From a virus (taxonomy: Duplodnaviria; Caudoviricetes), in the IMG/VR virus record IMGVR_UViG_3300048858_000070, positions 1-29,553 of that record: 29,553 bases of DNA; one strand, 5' to 3'. Shown here piece after piece: positions 11,754 through 20,842 of this stretch. Each line of letters opens with the position of its first letter. The stretch's first letter is position 1. The position numbers were made by a program, and so were the translations under genes. The notes under the pieces were generated by a model. The model made no database searches. It was not told the origin of the DNA and was given only the letters and a program-made list of their open reading frames with translations.

Positions 11754-12694
11754 ACGCCCTGGTGATCGTCCCGGACGGTGCACCGGAGGACGAGTGGCTC
11801 GATGGCCGCGCCGGCGGTGTCACCGCATCGGAGATCCACGCCATCGCTCACGGTTCCCGGAAGACGTGGCGCCGGATCCTGGACGAGAAGCTCAACGGGT
11901 CCACGTTCAAGGGCAACGCGCACACCCGCCGCGGGCATGACGCGGAGGCGCGGATCCTGGCGGAGGTCGACGAGGTCCCGGGCATCATCTCTGTCCGCCG
12001 ATCGTCGGCGCTGTACGGTAACCCGGAGAACCAGAAGCACCGCGCCACCCCTGACGCGGTCGCCGTCGACGAGGGCGGAACCGCGTTCGGTGTCGAGGTG
12101 AAGGACCACGAGGCCGGGTACACGCAGACGAAGATCCCCGCCGAGCACATGGACCAGATGCTCTGGGGCATGCACGTCCTCGGGTTCGATACGTGGCTGT
12201 ACGCGTGGGCCGTCGAAGGCGAGAACACCCGGTTCGAGTGGGTCGAACGCGACGAAACCCGCATCGCGTACCTCGTGAAGCAGGCCGACTCGTTCATCGA
12301 ATGGCGCGCCGCCGGCGCCCCCGAACTCGACGACATCCCCGAAGAGGTTGACGACGACCTCGCCGTCTACTCGCGGGAGCAGCGCGCCGAATCTGCGGCG
12401 AAGAAGGCGAAGGACGACGCCGGCACCCGCCTGAAGCAGTGGGCGGCCGCGCTGCACGACGGCGGTCCGATGCGCCGCGGCGGCACCCGGGCGGCGCTGT
12501 TCTTCGAACCGAAGCCCGCAGCCCGCGTCCTCGACGAGAAGGCGTGGGAGGCCGCGGAACCGGACACGTACGCCGAGTTCGTCGCCGCTCGCACCGCACT
12601 CGCGGATCAGGCTGCCGCGGCGACCGTCCTGTACGGCGTCGAGAAGCCCGCCGCCCCCACATTCAGAGTCACCCCGAACGGAGCAACAGCATGA
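11750..12694 (+). CDS. YqaJ/lambda-exonuclease family nuclease
   Basis: WLDGRAGGVTASE, RGHDAE, ATPDAV, VEVK, DQMLWGM. Confidence 0.9.
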   Translation: MNALVIVPDGAPEDEWLDGRAGGVTASEIHAIAHGSRKTWRRILDEKLNGSTFKGNAHTRRGHDAEARILAEVDEVPGIISVRRSSALYGNPENQKHRATPDAVAVDEGGTAFGVEVKDHEAGYTQTKIPAEHMDQMLWGMHVLGFDTWLYAWAVEGENTRFEWVERDETRIAYLVKQADSFIEWRAAGAPELDDIPEEVDDDLAVYSREQRAESAAKKAKDDAGTRLKQWAAALHDGGPMRRGGTRAALFFEPKPAARVLDEKAWEAAEPDTYAEFVAARTALADQAAAATVLYGVEKPAAPTFRVTPNGATA

Positions 12695-13395
12695 ACGCCA
12701 AGAGCATCACCCTCCAGTCCGAGCACGCGCGATGGGCGCTCCGTGCCGCACTATCCGCCGCATCGAAGGACGACGTCACCCCCGTGCTGTGCGCGGTCCA
12801 CTGGGTGATCGCTGGCGGCAAGGTCAGCATCGCCGGGACCGACCGGTACCGCGTCCACGAAGCCGTGATCGACGCTCCCGCGGACGCGCCGGAGGGTGAG
12901 TTCATCATGGGTCGCGACCAGGCGCAGTGGATCCTCGCGAACTTCCACAAGCCCATCCGGCTGTACGGGGATCAGCTGATCCGCATCGAGTGGGTCGAGC
13001 CGGACACGTCGCTCACCATGAGCAAGAGATCGACCCCTCAGGAGCGGCGCGCGGCTGCCGGGACCATCACGGTGGACATCCTCGCCTCGGACGCCGATGC
13101 CGCTCCGACGTTCCGATTCGCGACCGAGGCCGTGGCAGGCAAGTTCCCGCCCATCCGCAAGCTGATGCCGTCGGCGACCGATGCGGTCGAGCGCATGGGC
13201 GAGGTGGCGCTGTCCCCGAACCTTCTCGCGAGCCTTGCGAACCTGACTCGCCACCGCGGCGAGCCTCTCCGGTTCGTGATGCCGAAGGTCACGGAAGGCA
13301 AGTACCAGCCGGTGCTCGTGCAGAACGCCGAGGGAACCGCCCGCGCGCTCGTGCAGCCGAACATGATGCTCTCCGCGAAGGAGTGGACCGCGTGA
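12691..13395 (+). CDS. DNA polymerase III beta clamp-like protein (shortened)
   Basis: AASKDDVTPVLCAV...AGTDRYRV and GKFPPIRKL resemble the DnaN central domain; 234 aa. Confidence 0.65.
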   Translation: MNAKSITLQSEHARWALRAALSAASKDDVTPVLCAVHWVIAGGKVSIAGTDRYRVHEAVIDAPADAPEGEFIMGRDQAQWILANFHKPIRLYGDQLIRIEWVEPDTSLTMSKRSTPQERRAAAGTITVDILASDADAAPTFRFATEAVAGKFPPIRKLMPSATDAVERMGEVALSPNLLASLANLTRHRGEPLRFVMPKVTEGKYQPVLVQNAEGTARALVQPNMMLSAKEWTA

Positions 13396-13553
13396 AGAAG
13401 CCCAAGCCCAAGTGGCGTATCGGTGACCCGGTCACTGTCGGCGAGGTCCGCCTGATCATCCGTGACCGGGTCGAACTCGAAGCCGCGAACACCACGAACC
13501 ACGGCATCTGGTGGAAGACCACCCTGACGAACCTTCCGGAGAAGATCGCGTGA
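13392..13553 (+). CDS. Small hypothetical protein
   Basis: GTGA coupling at both ends; AAGGAG SD. Confidence 0.6.
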   Translation: MKKPKPKWRIGDPVTVGEVRLIIRDRVELEAANTTNHGIWWKTTLTNLPEKIA

Positions 13554-14242
13554 CTGAGCAGCAGACCGTCGAACCGACGGAAGAGGAAGTCGCGAAGACC
13601 CTCGCGGAGTACGAGCGCATCGCGCAGGAGACGGGGGAGTGGGACGGCCGGGAGGCTACCGAGTTCTCGAACGACGGCGTCACGTTCTCCCCGGTGTGGC
13701 TGAAGACACCGGAACGTCCGAGCCCGCTCGTCGCCCGCTCCACCGTGCACCGAAAGGGTGTCGCCGTCCCGACGACGTCGTACGTCCTCTGGGACGAAGC
13801 CGTACCGGCGGATGCCGCATGGTCCGCGCTGTGGCTCGCCCGCCCCACCACACTGTTCGGTGCGTTCACCGCCCGCACCGCGATCCGGTCCGCGTTCCGT
13901 GCCGCGATCGGCACCCGCCGCGAACCTGACGACCACCCCACCACTGCGCCGCCCGCGACGGCAGGGGAACGCGACTGGGATCTCGAACTCGTGATTGCCC
14001 CGACGTCGAGCGAGCTGACGGAAGTGTGGGCCGCTGCTCGCGTCGCTCGTGCACGCACCGCAGCCCGCGAGGTTGTCTACACGACGCGCCTCGCGGAGCT
14101 CGAAGCGCTCGAGGCGAACCCGTGGGGCGAGCCCGGCACCCCGGCACCCGCACAGGAGCGCCCCGCGCGCCCCGTCCCGCGTGACCACCTGCCCGCGTCG
14201 TCCTCCGCGACGAAGCGCCGGAAGAAGCGAGGCCGCAGATGA
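13550..14242 (+). CDS. Bet/RecT-like single-strand annealing protein, short and divergent
   Basis: VWL...P...V.RKG...W.E...W...P..LF...AIRSAF pattern of phage Bet; near a YqaJ exonuclease. Confidence 0.6.
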   Translation: MTEQQTVEPTEEEVAKTLAEYERIAQETGEWDGREATEFSNDGVTFSPVWLKTPERPSPLVARSTVHRKGVAVPTTSYVLWDEAVPADAAWSALWLARPTTLFGAFTARTAIRSAFRAAIGTRREPDDHPTTAPPATAGERDWDLELVIAPTSSELTEVWAAARVARARTAAREVVYTTRLAELEALEANPWGEPGTPAPAQERPARPVPRDHLPASSSATKRRKKRGRR

Positions 14243-14676
14243 ACGTCGACACCACCACCGGTGAGGTCGTAGAAGAGGGTGGCGTGGAACTCGTCCCCCT
14301 GGACATCGCTGGGCTGAACGAGAACGAACTCCTCGCCCTTTATCCGACGCCTGTCCAGTGCGCCGGAGCGCTGCTCATCGCCCGCTCCCGTCTCCACACC
14401 GCACCGAAGGTCCTCAAGGCCCTGTCGAAAGCGGTGAAAGCCGCGAAACGTGACGTTCTCATCGCCCGCGGCTACGCGTACACCGAAGCCGCCGGCCGCG
14501 ACGCCGCCACCCGCCGCCTCGTCGCCGAATCCGCCGCCCCCGTCATCCAGGCCCTCGAGCGCCTCGACGAAGCCGAGCTCGCGTTCGAGTACGGCCGGGA
14601 ACTCCGCAAGTCCCTGAGCGAAGACATCGCCGTCCTGCGATCGCTCAACGCCAACTTCCGTCAGGAGCACTCATGA
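14239..14676 (+). CDS. Hypothetical helical protein
   Basis: Coupled ORF with phage-like codon usage. Confidence 0.7.
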   Translation: MNVDTTTGEVVEEGGVELVPLDIAGLNENELLALYPTPVQCAGALLIARSRLHTAPKVLKALSKAVKAAKRDVLIARGYAYTEAAGRDAATRRLVAESAAPVIQALERLDEAELAFEYGRELRKSLSEDIAVLRSLNANFRQEHS

Positions 14677-17264
14677 CCGCCCTGCTATTTCCCGCGTTCC
14701 TGGAACACCCCACCGACTCGTACGAGCAGTTCCTTCGCGACAAGGTCGCCTTCGACCGCACCTTCGGCTTCGAAGTCCACGTCGACGACCTGTCGCCGGC
14801 GCTGCTCCCGCACCAGCGCGACATCGTCCAGTGGGCGATCCGCGGCGGACGGCGCGCGATCTTCGCGAAGTTTGGCCTCGGCAAGTCGATCATGCAGCTC
14901 GAAGTTCTGCGCCTCGTGCTCACTCACCCCGCCTCGCCGGCACCGGACGGCCGTGCCCTGATCGTCGCCCCGCTGCGTGTGCACCGCGAGTTCATCCGAG
15001 ACGCCGCGAACCTGCTCGGCATCGAGGCACGGTTCATCCGGCGCACCGAGCAGATCGAACCAGGCTGGGCCGGGATCTACGTCACCAACTACGAATCCGT
15101 GCGAGACGGCAAGCTCGACGTCACCGGCTTCGACGCAGTCAGTCTCGATGAAGCGTCCGTGCTGCGCTCGTTCGGGTCGAAGACCTATCAGTCGTTCCTC
15201 GGCATGTTCGACGCGATCCCGTTCCGGTTCGTCGCCACGGCCACACCCTCCCCGAACCGGTACAAGGAGCTCATCCACTACGCCGGGTTCCTCGGCATCA
15301 TGGACACCGGCCAGGCGCTGACGCGATTCTTCCAGCGAGACTCCACGTCGGCGGGCAACCTCACGCTGTACCCGCACAAGGAGCGCGAGTTCTGGCTGTG
15401 GCTCAACACCTGGGCATGCTTCGTGCAGCGACCGTCCGACCTCGGACATTCCGACGCCGGCTACGACCTCCCGCCGCTCGCGGTGGAGTGGGAACAGGTA
15501 GAGGTCGAGGTCCTGTCCGATCAGGTCGACCGTGACGGTCAGGGCGTTCTCGTCCGCGCCGGTGCCAAGTCGCTCGCGGAGACCGCGAAGGAGAAGCGGG
15601 ACACCGTCACTGCCCGCGTCGCGCGTCTCATGACGCTCGTTCGCGAGCACGTCGAGGCGCACGGCGTGACTGATCAGATCGTCCTTTGGTGCGACCGAAA
15701 CGACGAGCAGGACCTCATCGAGAAGTCCCTCGCCGCGGAGGGTCTCACATTCTCGTCCGTGCACGGCTCGCTGCCCGACGACGAAGCCGAGCGCCGCCTC
15801 GACGCATGGTGCGACCGGGAGACGTTCGCGCTCGTCGGAAAGCCCGTGATGCTCGGACAGGGCATGAACCTACAGCAGTCGAACCGGGCGATCTTCGTCG
15901 GGGTGTCCGACAAGTTCAATGACTACATCCAGGCCTGCTACCGCATCCAGAGATTCGGTCAGGCCCGGCCCTGCACAGTCACTCTGATCTACGCCGAGAC
16001 CGAATCGGAAGTCCGGGACAGGCTGCTGCGGAAGTGGGGCGAGCACGACACCCTAACCGACACCATGTCCGACGTGATCCGCACGTACGGCCTGAACCCG
16101 GACGCGATCAGCGCTGAGCTCACCCGCGCGATGGGCGTCGAGCGAGTCGAGGTGACGGGGGACGACTGGACGATCGCGCTGAACGACTGCACGGTCGAAA
16201 CCCGCGATCACATGGAGACGGACAGCGTCGACCTGATCGTCACCAGCATCCCGTTCTCGAACCACTACGAGTACACGCCCAGCTACAACGACTTCGGCCA
16301 CACCGACGACAACCTGCACTTCTGGCAGCAGATGGACTACCTCACGCCGCAGCTGCTGCGGGTACTGAAGCCGGGCAGGATCTACGCCTGCCACGTGAAG
16401 GACCGCATCCAGTTCGGTAACGTCACCGGAGCCGGCATCCCTACCGTCTCGCCCTTCCACGACGAAGCGACGGTGCACGCACTCAAGCACGGATTCGACT
16501 ACCTCGGGATGATCACGATCACGACCGACGTCGTCCGCGAGAACAACCAGACCTACCGCCTCGGATACACGGAGATGCGGAAGGACGGCACGAAGATGGG
16601 CGTCGGTTCGCCCGAATACGTGCTGCTCTTCCACAAGCCGCAGACCGACCGGTCCAAGGGGTACGCCGACGATCGCGTGACGAAGGACGTACCGGACTAC
16701 TCGCTCGCTCGCTGGCAGATCGACGCGGCCGCAGACTGGCGGTCATCGGGAAACCGGCTTCTCGGACCCGACGAGCTCGCGCAGCTGGCGCCGGACATGC
16801 GGTCGCGGCTCTTCAAGCTGCAGTCGCGCGGCAACGTCTACGACTTCGAAGCGCACGTCGCCACCGGTGAAGCGCTCGAGGCGAAGCGGGCTCTTCCGTC
16901 GACGTTCAAGTCTCTCGACCCCGGATCCTGGCACCCGGACGTCTGGGACGACGTGAACCGCATGCTCACCCTGAACGGGGAGCAGTCGCGACGTGCGCTC
17001 GAGTTCCACATCTGCCCGCTTCAGTTCGACATCGTCGACCGCCTCATTCAGCGGTATTCGAACGCCGGCGACCTCGTCTTCGACCCCTTCGGTGGTCTCG
17101 GAACGGTCCCGCTCCGAGCGCGCAAGCTGGGCCGCCGCGGCCGCGCGTCAGAGCTCAACCCGACTTCGTTCCGTGACGCGGTGATGTACCAGCGGGAGCT
17201 GGACATGAAGCAGGCGGAGCCGACACTGTTCGATCTGCTCGAGCTCGAGGGCGACGCGGCATGA
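14673..17264 (+). CDS. SF2 (SNF2-like) helicase fused to an N4/N6 DNA methyltransferase
   Basis: FGLGKS, LDEAS, ATATP, QGMNLQ, RIQRFGQ; then IVTSIPF, RVLKPG, HICP, FDPFGGLGT (beta-class motif order). Confidence 0.92.
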   Translation: MTALLFPAFLEHPTDSYEQFLRDKVAFDRTFGFEVHVDDLSPALLPHQRDIVQWAIRGGRRAIFAKFGLGKSIMQLEVLRLVLTHPASPAPDGRALIVAPLRVHREFIRDAANLLGIEARFIRRTEQIEPGWAGIYVTNYESVRDGKLDVTGFDAVSLDEASVLRSFGSKTYQSFLGMFDAIPFRFVATATPSPNRYKELIHYAGFLGIMDTGQALTRFFQRDSTSAGNLTLYPHKEREFWLWLNTWACFVQRPSDLGHSDAGYDLPPLAVEWEQVEVEVLSDQVDRDGQGVLVRAGAKSLAETAKEKRDTVTARVARLMTLVREHVEAHGVTDQIVLWCDRNDEQDLIEKSLAAEGLTFSSVHGSLPDDEAERRLDAWCDRETFALVGKPVMLGQGMNLQQSNRAIFVGVSDKFNDYIQACYRIQRFGQARPCTVTLIYAETESEVRDRLLRKWGEHDTLTDTMSDVIRTYGLNPDAISAELTRAMGVERVEVTGDDWTIALNDCTVETRDHMETDSVDLIVTSIPFSNHYEYTPSYNDFGHTDDNLHFWQQMDYLTPQLLRVLKPGRIYACHVKDRIQFGNVTGAGIPTVSPFHDEATVHALKHGFDYLGMITITTDVVRENNQTYRLGYTEMRKDGTKMGVGSPEYVLLFHKPQTDRSKGYADDRVTKDVPDYSLARWQIDAAADWRSSGNRLLGPDELAQLAPDMRSRLFKLQSRGNVYDFEAHVATGEALEAKRALPSTFKSLDPGSWHPDVWDDVNRMLTLNGEQSRRALEFHICPLQFDIVDRLIQRYSNAGDLVFDPFGGLGTVPLRARKLGRRGRASELNPTSFRDAVMYQRELDMKQAEPTLFDLLELEGDAA

Positions 17265-17665
17265 CCGTCACTGTGAAGGACAAGACAGCCGTGATCGATC
17301 GCGACGGCGGGTTCTGCCTGCTGACGCTCCCGAATTGTCTCGGTGAGGCGCAGACCGCCGACCACCGCGCGAACCGCGGTCAGGGAGGCGCGGGGAGCGT
17401 GCTCGACGGCGGCGAGAACCTGATCGCCGCGTGCTCGATCTGCAACAACGACAAGGAGAACGCGACGGGAATCGTCCGTCTCGACCTGATTGAACGCGGC
17501 CTGCGAGTCGTCTCTGATTCCACTCACCGCAAGACGCTCGCCCGCGTCCAGGCGACGCCCGTGCAGGCACTGGATGGCGAGTGGTGGATGCTTCTCACCA
17601 CGCGGGACCGCCGGCGCGCCACTGCGCGCGAGATCGATCGGCACCTGTGGTCGGTGACGTCATGA
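17261..17665 (+). CDS. HNH endonuclease-like protein
   Basis: RDGGFC...C...DHR...GG...NLIAACSICN. Confidence 0.8.
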   Translation: MTVTVKDKTAVIDRDGGFCLLTLPNCLGEAQTADHRANRGQGGAGSVLDGGENLIAACSICNNDKENATGIVRLDLIERGLRVVSDSTHRKTLARVQATPVQALDGEWWMLLTTRDRRRATAREIDRHLWSVTS

Positions 17666-18642
17666 GCGCCATGCCGACGTACGGCCTCACCTACGTCGTC
17701 TACTGGCCGCACGCCGGCGTCCTGAAGGTGGGGCGGGCATGGCGGTTCCACCGGGTGCAGATGATGGTCCGCTCCGGCGCCCAGGTGCTGGTCCTCGCCC
17801 GCGGCACGGACGCGACGTGGGAGGCGGAGGCGTTGCGTGCGCTGCGCCGATGGTTCCCGGCCGCGTTCCGCAACGAGACCGAGGCAACCGGCCTGCTGTT
17901 CATGGGCCGAGGTTGGACCGAATGCTTCCAGGTCGACGAGGCGCATCTGCGTCTCGCACGTGACCTGTGTTTCGAAGGATTTGCGAGAGGGAATGACCAG
18001 GGTGTCAACGAAGCAGCGGATGATGTCCGCACAGGATCTGGAGTTCCCGGGGTATCTGAGATGCCCGGACGAGGCGAAGCCGACGGCGTTGGGGCTGTGG
18101 CTGCACACCGACGTCGACGGGCGCCGGGAGTTGGTGCCGGAGCTGATAGCGGCAGCCCTGTATCCGGGGCGGGCGGCGACGGAACTGATCGTGGAGCATC
18201 TGCTCATGCTGGACGAGTCGGGGTTCCTGACGATCTACACGACGCCGGACGGGCGGGAGTGGATCGCGCTCGCGCGGCCGTTGAAAGCGGACCGGCGCGG
18301 TGCGGTTTCGGAGTGCCCGCCACCCCCACAGGAAGCTCCACGGAGGTCCGTGGCTGTGGGGGGAGCGAGGGAGAGAGCCGAAGCGAGGGTGCTGGCGGAG
18401 GGCGCCGAGCGGGCGGGTGCGTGGTCCGTGTGGGCGGGGGAGCGGGAGCGGGCGCACAGGCCGCCGGCGAGACCCCTGCTGCTGGACGCTCCGCCTATCG
18501 GCTGCCCCGATCACCCGCACGGCGCTTTCGAGGACTGCGGACCTTGCGGGACAGCCCGCCGAAGACACGACAGATGGGTGGCTCAGCAGCGGTACACCGA
18601 GCAGCTCGTGAAGCACGACACCGGAACGGAGACCGACGATGA
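17662..18642 (+). CDS. GIY-YIG/T5orf172-like domain protein with a long tail overlapping the next gene
   Basis: First ~105 aa: LTYVVY...LKVG...R...E...GWTECF. The frame stays open to 18642. Confidence 0.55.
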   Translation: MSAMPTYGLTYVVYWPHAGVLKVGRAWRFHRVQMMVRSGAQVLVLARGTDATWEAEALRALRRWFPAAFRNETEATGLLFMGRGWTECFQVDEAHLRLARDLCFEGFARGNDQGVNEAADDVRTGSGVPGVSEMPGRGEADGVGAVAAHRRRRAPGVGAGADSGSPVSGAGGDGTDRGASAHAGRVGVPDDLHDAGRAGVDRARAAVESGPARCGFGVPATPTGSSTEVRGCGGSEGESRSEGAGGGRRAGGCVVRVGGGAGAGAQAAGETPAAGRSAYRLPRSPARRFRGLRTLRDSPPKTRQMGGSAAVHRAAREARHRNGDRR

Positions 18643-18655
18643 CGAACCGTTCTGA
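17993..18655 (+). CDS. Putative phage replication initiator
   Basis: LGLWLHTDVDGR...LIAAALYP wHTH-like N-terminus; C-terminal CPDHP...CGPC; GAGAGG SD. Confidence 0.7.
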   Translation: MTRVSTKQRMMSAQDLEFPGYLRCPDEAKPTALGLWLHTDVDGRRELVPELIAAALYPGRAATELIVEHLLMLDESGFLTIYTTPDGREWIALARPLKADRRGAVSECPPPPQEAPRRSVAVGGARERAEARVLAEGAERAGAWSVWAGERERAHRPPARPLLLDAPPIGCPDHPHGAFEDCGPCGTARRRHDRWVAQQRYTEQLVKHDTGTETDDDEPF

Positions 18656-18791
18656 CGAGCTCGACGGGTTCATCGAGAACTCAGCACTCAGGTGGGCGAA
18701 GGACCGGAATTACCGGGCCCAGCTGATGAAGGAAGCCAAGCCCCGTGTGGGGGAGACGTTGAAGAAGATCCGAGAAAGGCGAGCAGCATGA
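18639..18791 (+). CDS. 50-aa hypothetical protein (not in the ORF track)
   Basis: [50 protein letters not shown]; fills the gap with ATGA overlaps. Confidence 0.6.
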   Translation: MTNRSDELDGFIENSALRWAKDRNYRAQLMKEAKPRVGETLKKIRERRAA

Positions 18792-19183
18792 CCGGAACGA
18801 TTCAGTACCAGGGGACCTTGACGATCGTCGAGTGCCCGAGTTGTCACATGGACTTCGGTGTGACGCCGAAGTTCGAGGCGGCACGCCGAGCGGATCATGC
18901 CCGCTTCTACTGCCCCACGGGACACGGCCTGTCTTACAACCAGTTGTCGGAGGCTGAGCGGCTGCGGAAGCGGCTGGCGCTCACCGAGGGGCAGCTGACG
19001 CACACCCGTGACCAGTTGCAGGCGACGGAGTATCAGCGTCGCGCGCAGAAGGGTCAGAACACACGCATGAAGAACCGTATCGCCGCGGGCGTGTGCCCCT
19101 GCTGCAACCGCTCGTTCAAGGACCTGCACCGGCACATGACCGGCCAGCATCCGGAGTTCGCTCACGAGGGAGACGCACAGTGA
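18788..19183 (+). CDS. Zinc-finger/coiled-coil protein
   Basis: CPSC...CPTGH; C2H2-like [19 protein letters not shown]. Confidence 0.75.
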   Translation: MTGTIQYQGTLTIVECPSCHMDFGVTPKFEAARRADHARFYCPTGHGLSYNQLSEAERLRKRLALTEGQLTHTRDQLQATEYQRRAQKGQNTRMKNRIAAGVCPCCNRSFKDLHRHMTGQHPEFAHEGDAQ

Positions 19184-19671
19184 CCGGCGAAACGATCATC
19201 GCGGTGGTGGGGAACACTACGGCTGACGCGGAACTGAGGTACACGCAGAACGGACTCGCAGTGGCAGGATTCACGATCGCGTCCACTCCGCGAACGTTCG
19301 ACCGCGCGTCGGGTGAGTGGAAGGACGGCGATGCTCTGTTCCTCCGCTGCACGGCCTGGAGGGAACTCGGAGAGCACGTCGCAGCGTCGCTGAAGAAGGG
19401 GTCCCGGGTGATCGCGACGGGTCGTCTGAAGCAGCGTACCTACCAGGACCGTGAAGGCCAGTCCCGTACGAGCATCGAGCTCGAGGTCGATGAGATCGGG
19501 CCCAGCCTGCGTTACGCGACGGCCGAGGTCACCCGTACCGCCCGGGGTGCTGACGGCGGTGGGAGGGCGGCGCAGCCGTCGAATGAGCAGTGGGCTGCAC
19601 CCGCCCAGGAAACGTCGTGGGATGCGGCACAGCCGGGGGGTGGGAGCTATGGCGACGACACCCCGTTCTGA
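19180..19671 (+). CDS. ssb: Single-stranded DNA-binding protein
   Basis: [33 protein letters not shown]-terminal DDTPF. Confidence 0.95.
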   Translation: MTGETIIAVVGNTTADAELRYTQNGLAVAGFTIASTPRTFDRASGEWKDGDALFLRCTAWRELGEHVAASLKKGSRVIATGRLKQRTYQDREGQSRTSIELEVDEIGPSLRYATAEVTRTARGADGGGRAAQPSNEQWAAPAQETSWDAAQPGGGSYGDDTPF

Positions 19672-19951
19672 GTACGAGCAGCTCCGGGAACGAGCGACAG
19701 AAGCGCGCCAACAGGCCGAGAGCCTTCGCGATCTGCGGGAGATCGCGACGTGTGGTCTCCACATGGAGTATCAGCACTGGCACAACCACGACCGGGAGAA
19801 CCGGGTCAACTACGGCACCTACAGAGTGCCGGCGCACATCGCGCTGCGGGTCGCCGATCAGTACCTCGTGTGGGCCCACGAATACGACGAGATCGCGCGG
19901 GCCATCGAGGGGCAGATGGAAGCGCTGTTCGTGGAAGGGCACCATGTCTGA
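19649..19951 (+). CDS. Hypothetical protein
   Basis: GGGAG SD before MATTPRSE; overlaps both neighbours. Confidence 0.65.
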   Translation: MATTPRSEYEQLRERATEARQQAESLRDLREIATCGLHMEYQHWHNHDRENRVNYGTYRVPAHIALRVADQYLVWAHEYDEIARAIEGQMEALFVEGHHV

Positions 19952-20711
19952 GCGGGTATGCATTCGTGGGTGCACGCAGAAGGACGTGCACTACGCGACA
20001 TGCGAGCGGGCCCGTCCGGAGTACCTCGGTGAGTTCCCCTGCCATGGTTGCGCTCCTCGTGAGTGCCGTGACGGGTCGTTGGTCTGTGATCGGTGCTTCG
20101 GCCGGATGCGCGGTCTGCTGCGTGACGTCCCAGATCTGCTGGCCCGGTTGCGGAGTCTCGCTGATCCGATGAAGGCGAACGTTCTGGATCAGGTGCGGGT
20201 GTCGACGTCATCGACGGAACCGCCAGCACCGGTCGGTTCGGACCTGCTGGACGCGATGCGTGTGGTGGAGGCGGCAGCGTCGTGGGCTCACGTCGACCTC
20301 ACCACCGTGGCGAACAACCGGGACGAGATCACGTACCTGGGTGAGTTGCTGCTGGACCGTCACGCCCCAGTGGACGGTATCCGGTCGGCGTGGTCTGTTC
20401 AGGACGCTGTCGACCAGTGGGGAGTCGAACGTCGCGACACGGACACGTTCGTGTTCCCGGTCGACGACGAGGATGACGAGGCTGGGGCGCCGGTGCGGGA
20501 GTGGTACAACCCTCTGCTGACGGTGGCGCAGGCGGCGGAGCGTCACGGGCTCACGCAGCGTGCCGTGCAGATGTGGGTGACGAAGGGCCTGCTGACGCCG
20601 GTAGCTCGGGTGCGTGGCCCGAGAGGGTCGGTGCTGTCGTACTTCTACGCGGAGACGATCGACGAGGTGTCGGCCGGTCGGTGCGAATGCCACCGGAGCG
20701 TGTCCGCATGA
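19944..20711 (+). CDS. Zn-binding plus C-terminal HTH protein, candidate late-gene regulator
   Basis: Cys-rich N-terminus; LLTVAQAAERHGLTQRAVQMWVTKG MerR-like HTH; position at the end of the early region. Confidence 0.7.
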   Translation: MSERVCIRGCTQKDVHYATCERARPEYLGEFPCHGCAPRECRDGSLVCDRCFGRMRGLLRDVPDLLARLRSLADPMKANVLDQVRVSTSSTEPPAPVGSDLLDAMRVVEAAASWAHVDLTTVANNRDEITYLGELLLDRHAPVDGIRSAWSVQDAVDQWGVERRDTDTFVFPVDDEDDEAGAPVREWYNPLLTVAQAAERHGLTQRAVQMWVTKGLLTPVARVRGPRGSVLSYFYAETIDEVSAGRCECHRSVSA

Positions 20712-20842
20712 CCGCCATCGATCCCGACTGTGTCGCTGGGAAGCATCACGCGTGCCTCGGGAACGCGTGGGACCACGACACCGATATGCCGACTGATTGC
20801 GCCTGCGGGTGCCACGAGAAGGAGCGAACCGATGGACACTGA
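20708..20842 (+). CDS. 44-aa Cys/His-rich protein
   Basis: CVAGKHHAC...CACGCH; ATGA coupling. Confidence 0.65.
   Translation: MTAIDPDCVAGKHHACLGNAWDHDTDMPTDCACGCHEKERTDGH

Noticed and set aside
10996-11844. Reverse-strand gene within the early region
   Set aside because: Plus-strand ORFs tile the region with SD sites and coupled start/stop codons.
20688-20707. Similarity to 22325-22340 (TGCCAC...GTGTyCGC) as a target-site duplication
   Set aside because: Spacing differs, and GTGTCCGC also occurs at another gene end (antirepressor), so it is likely a junction motif or chance.
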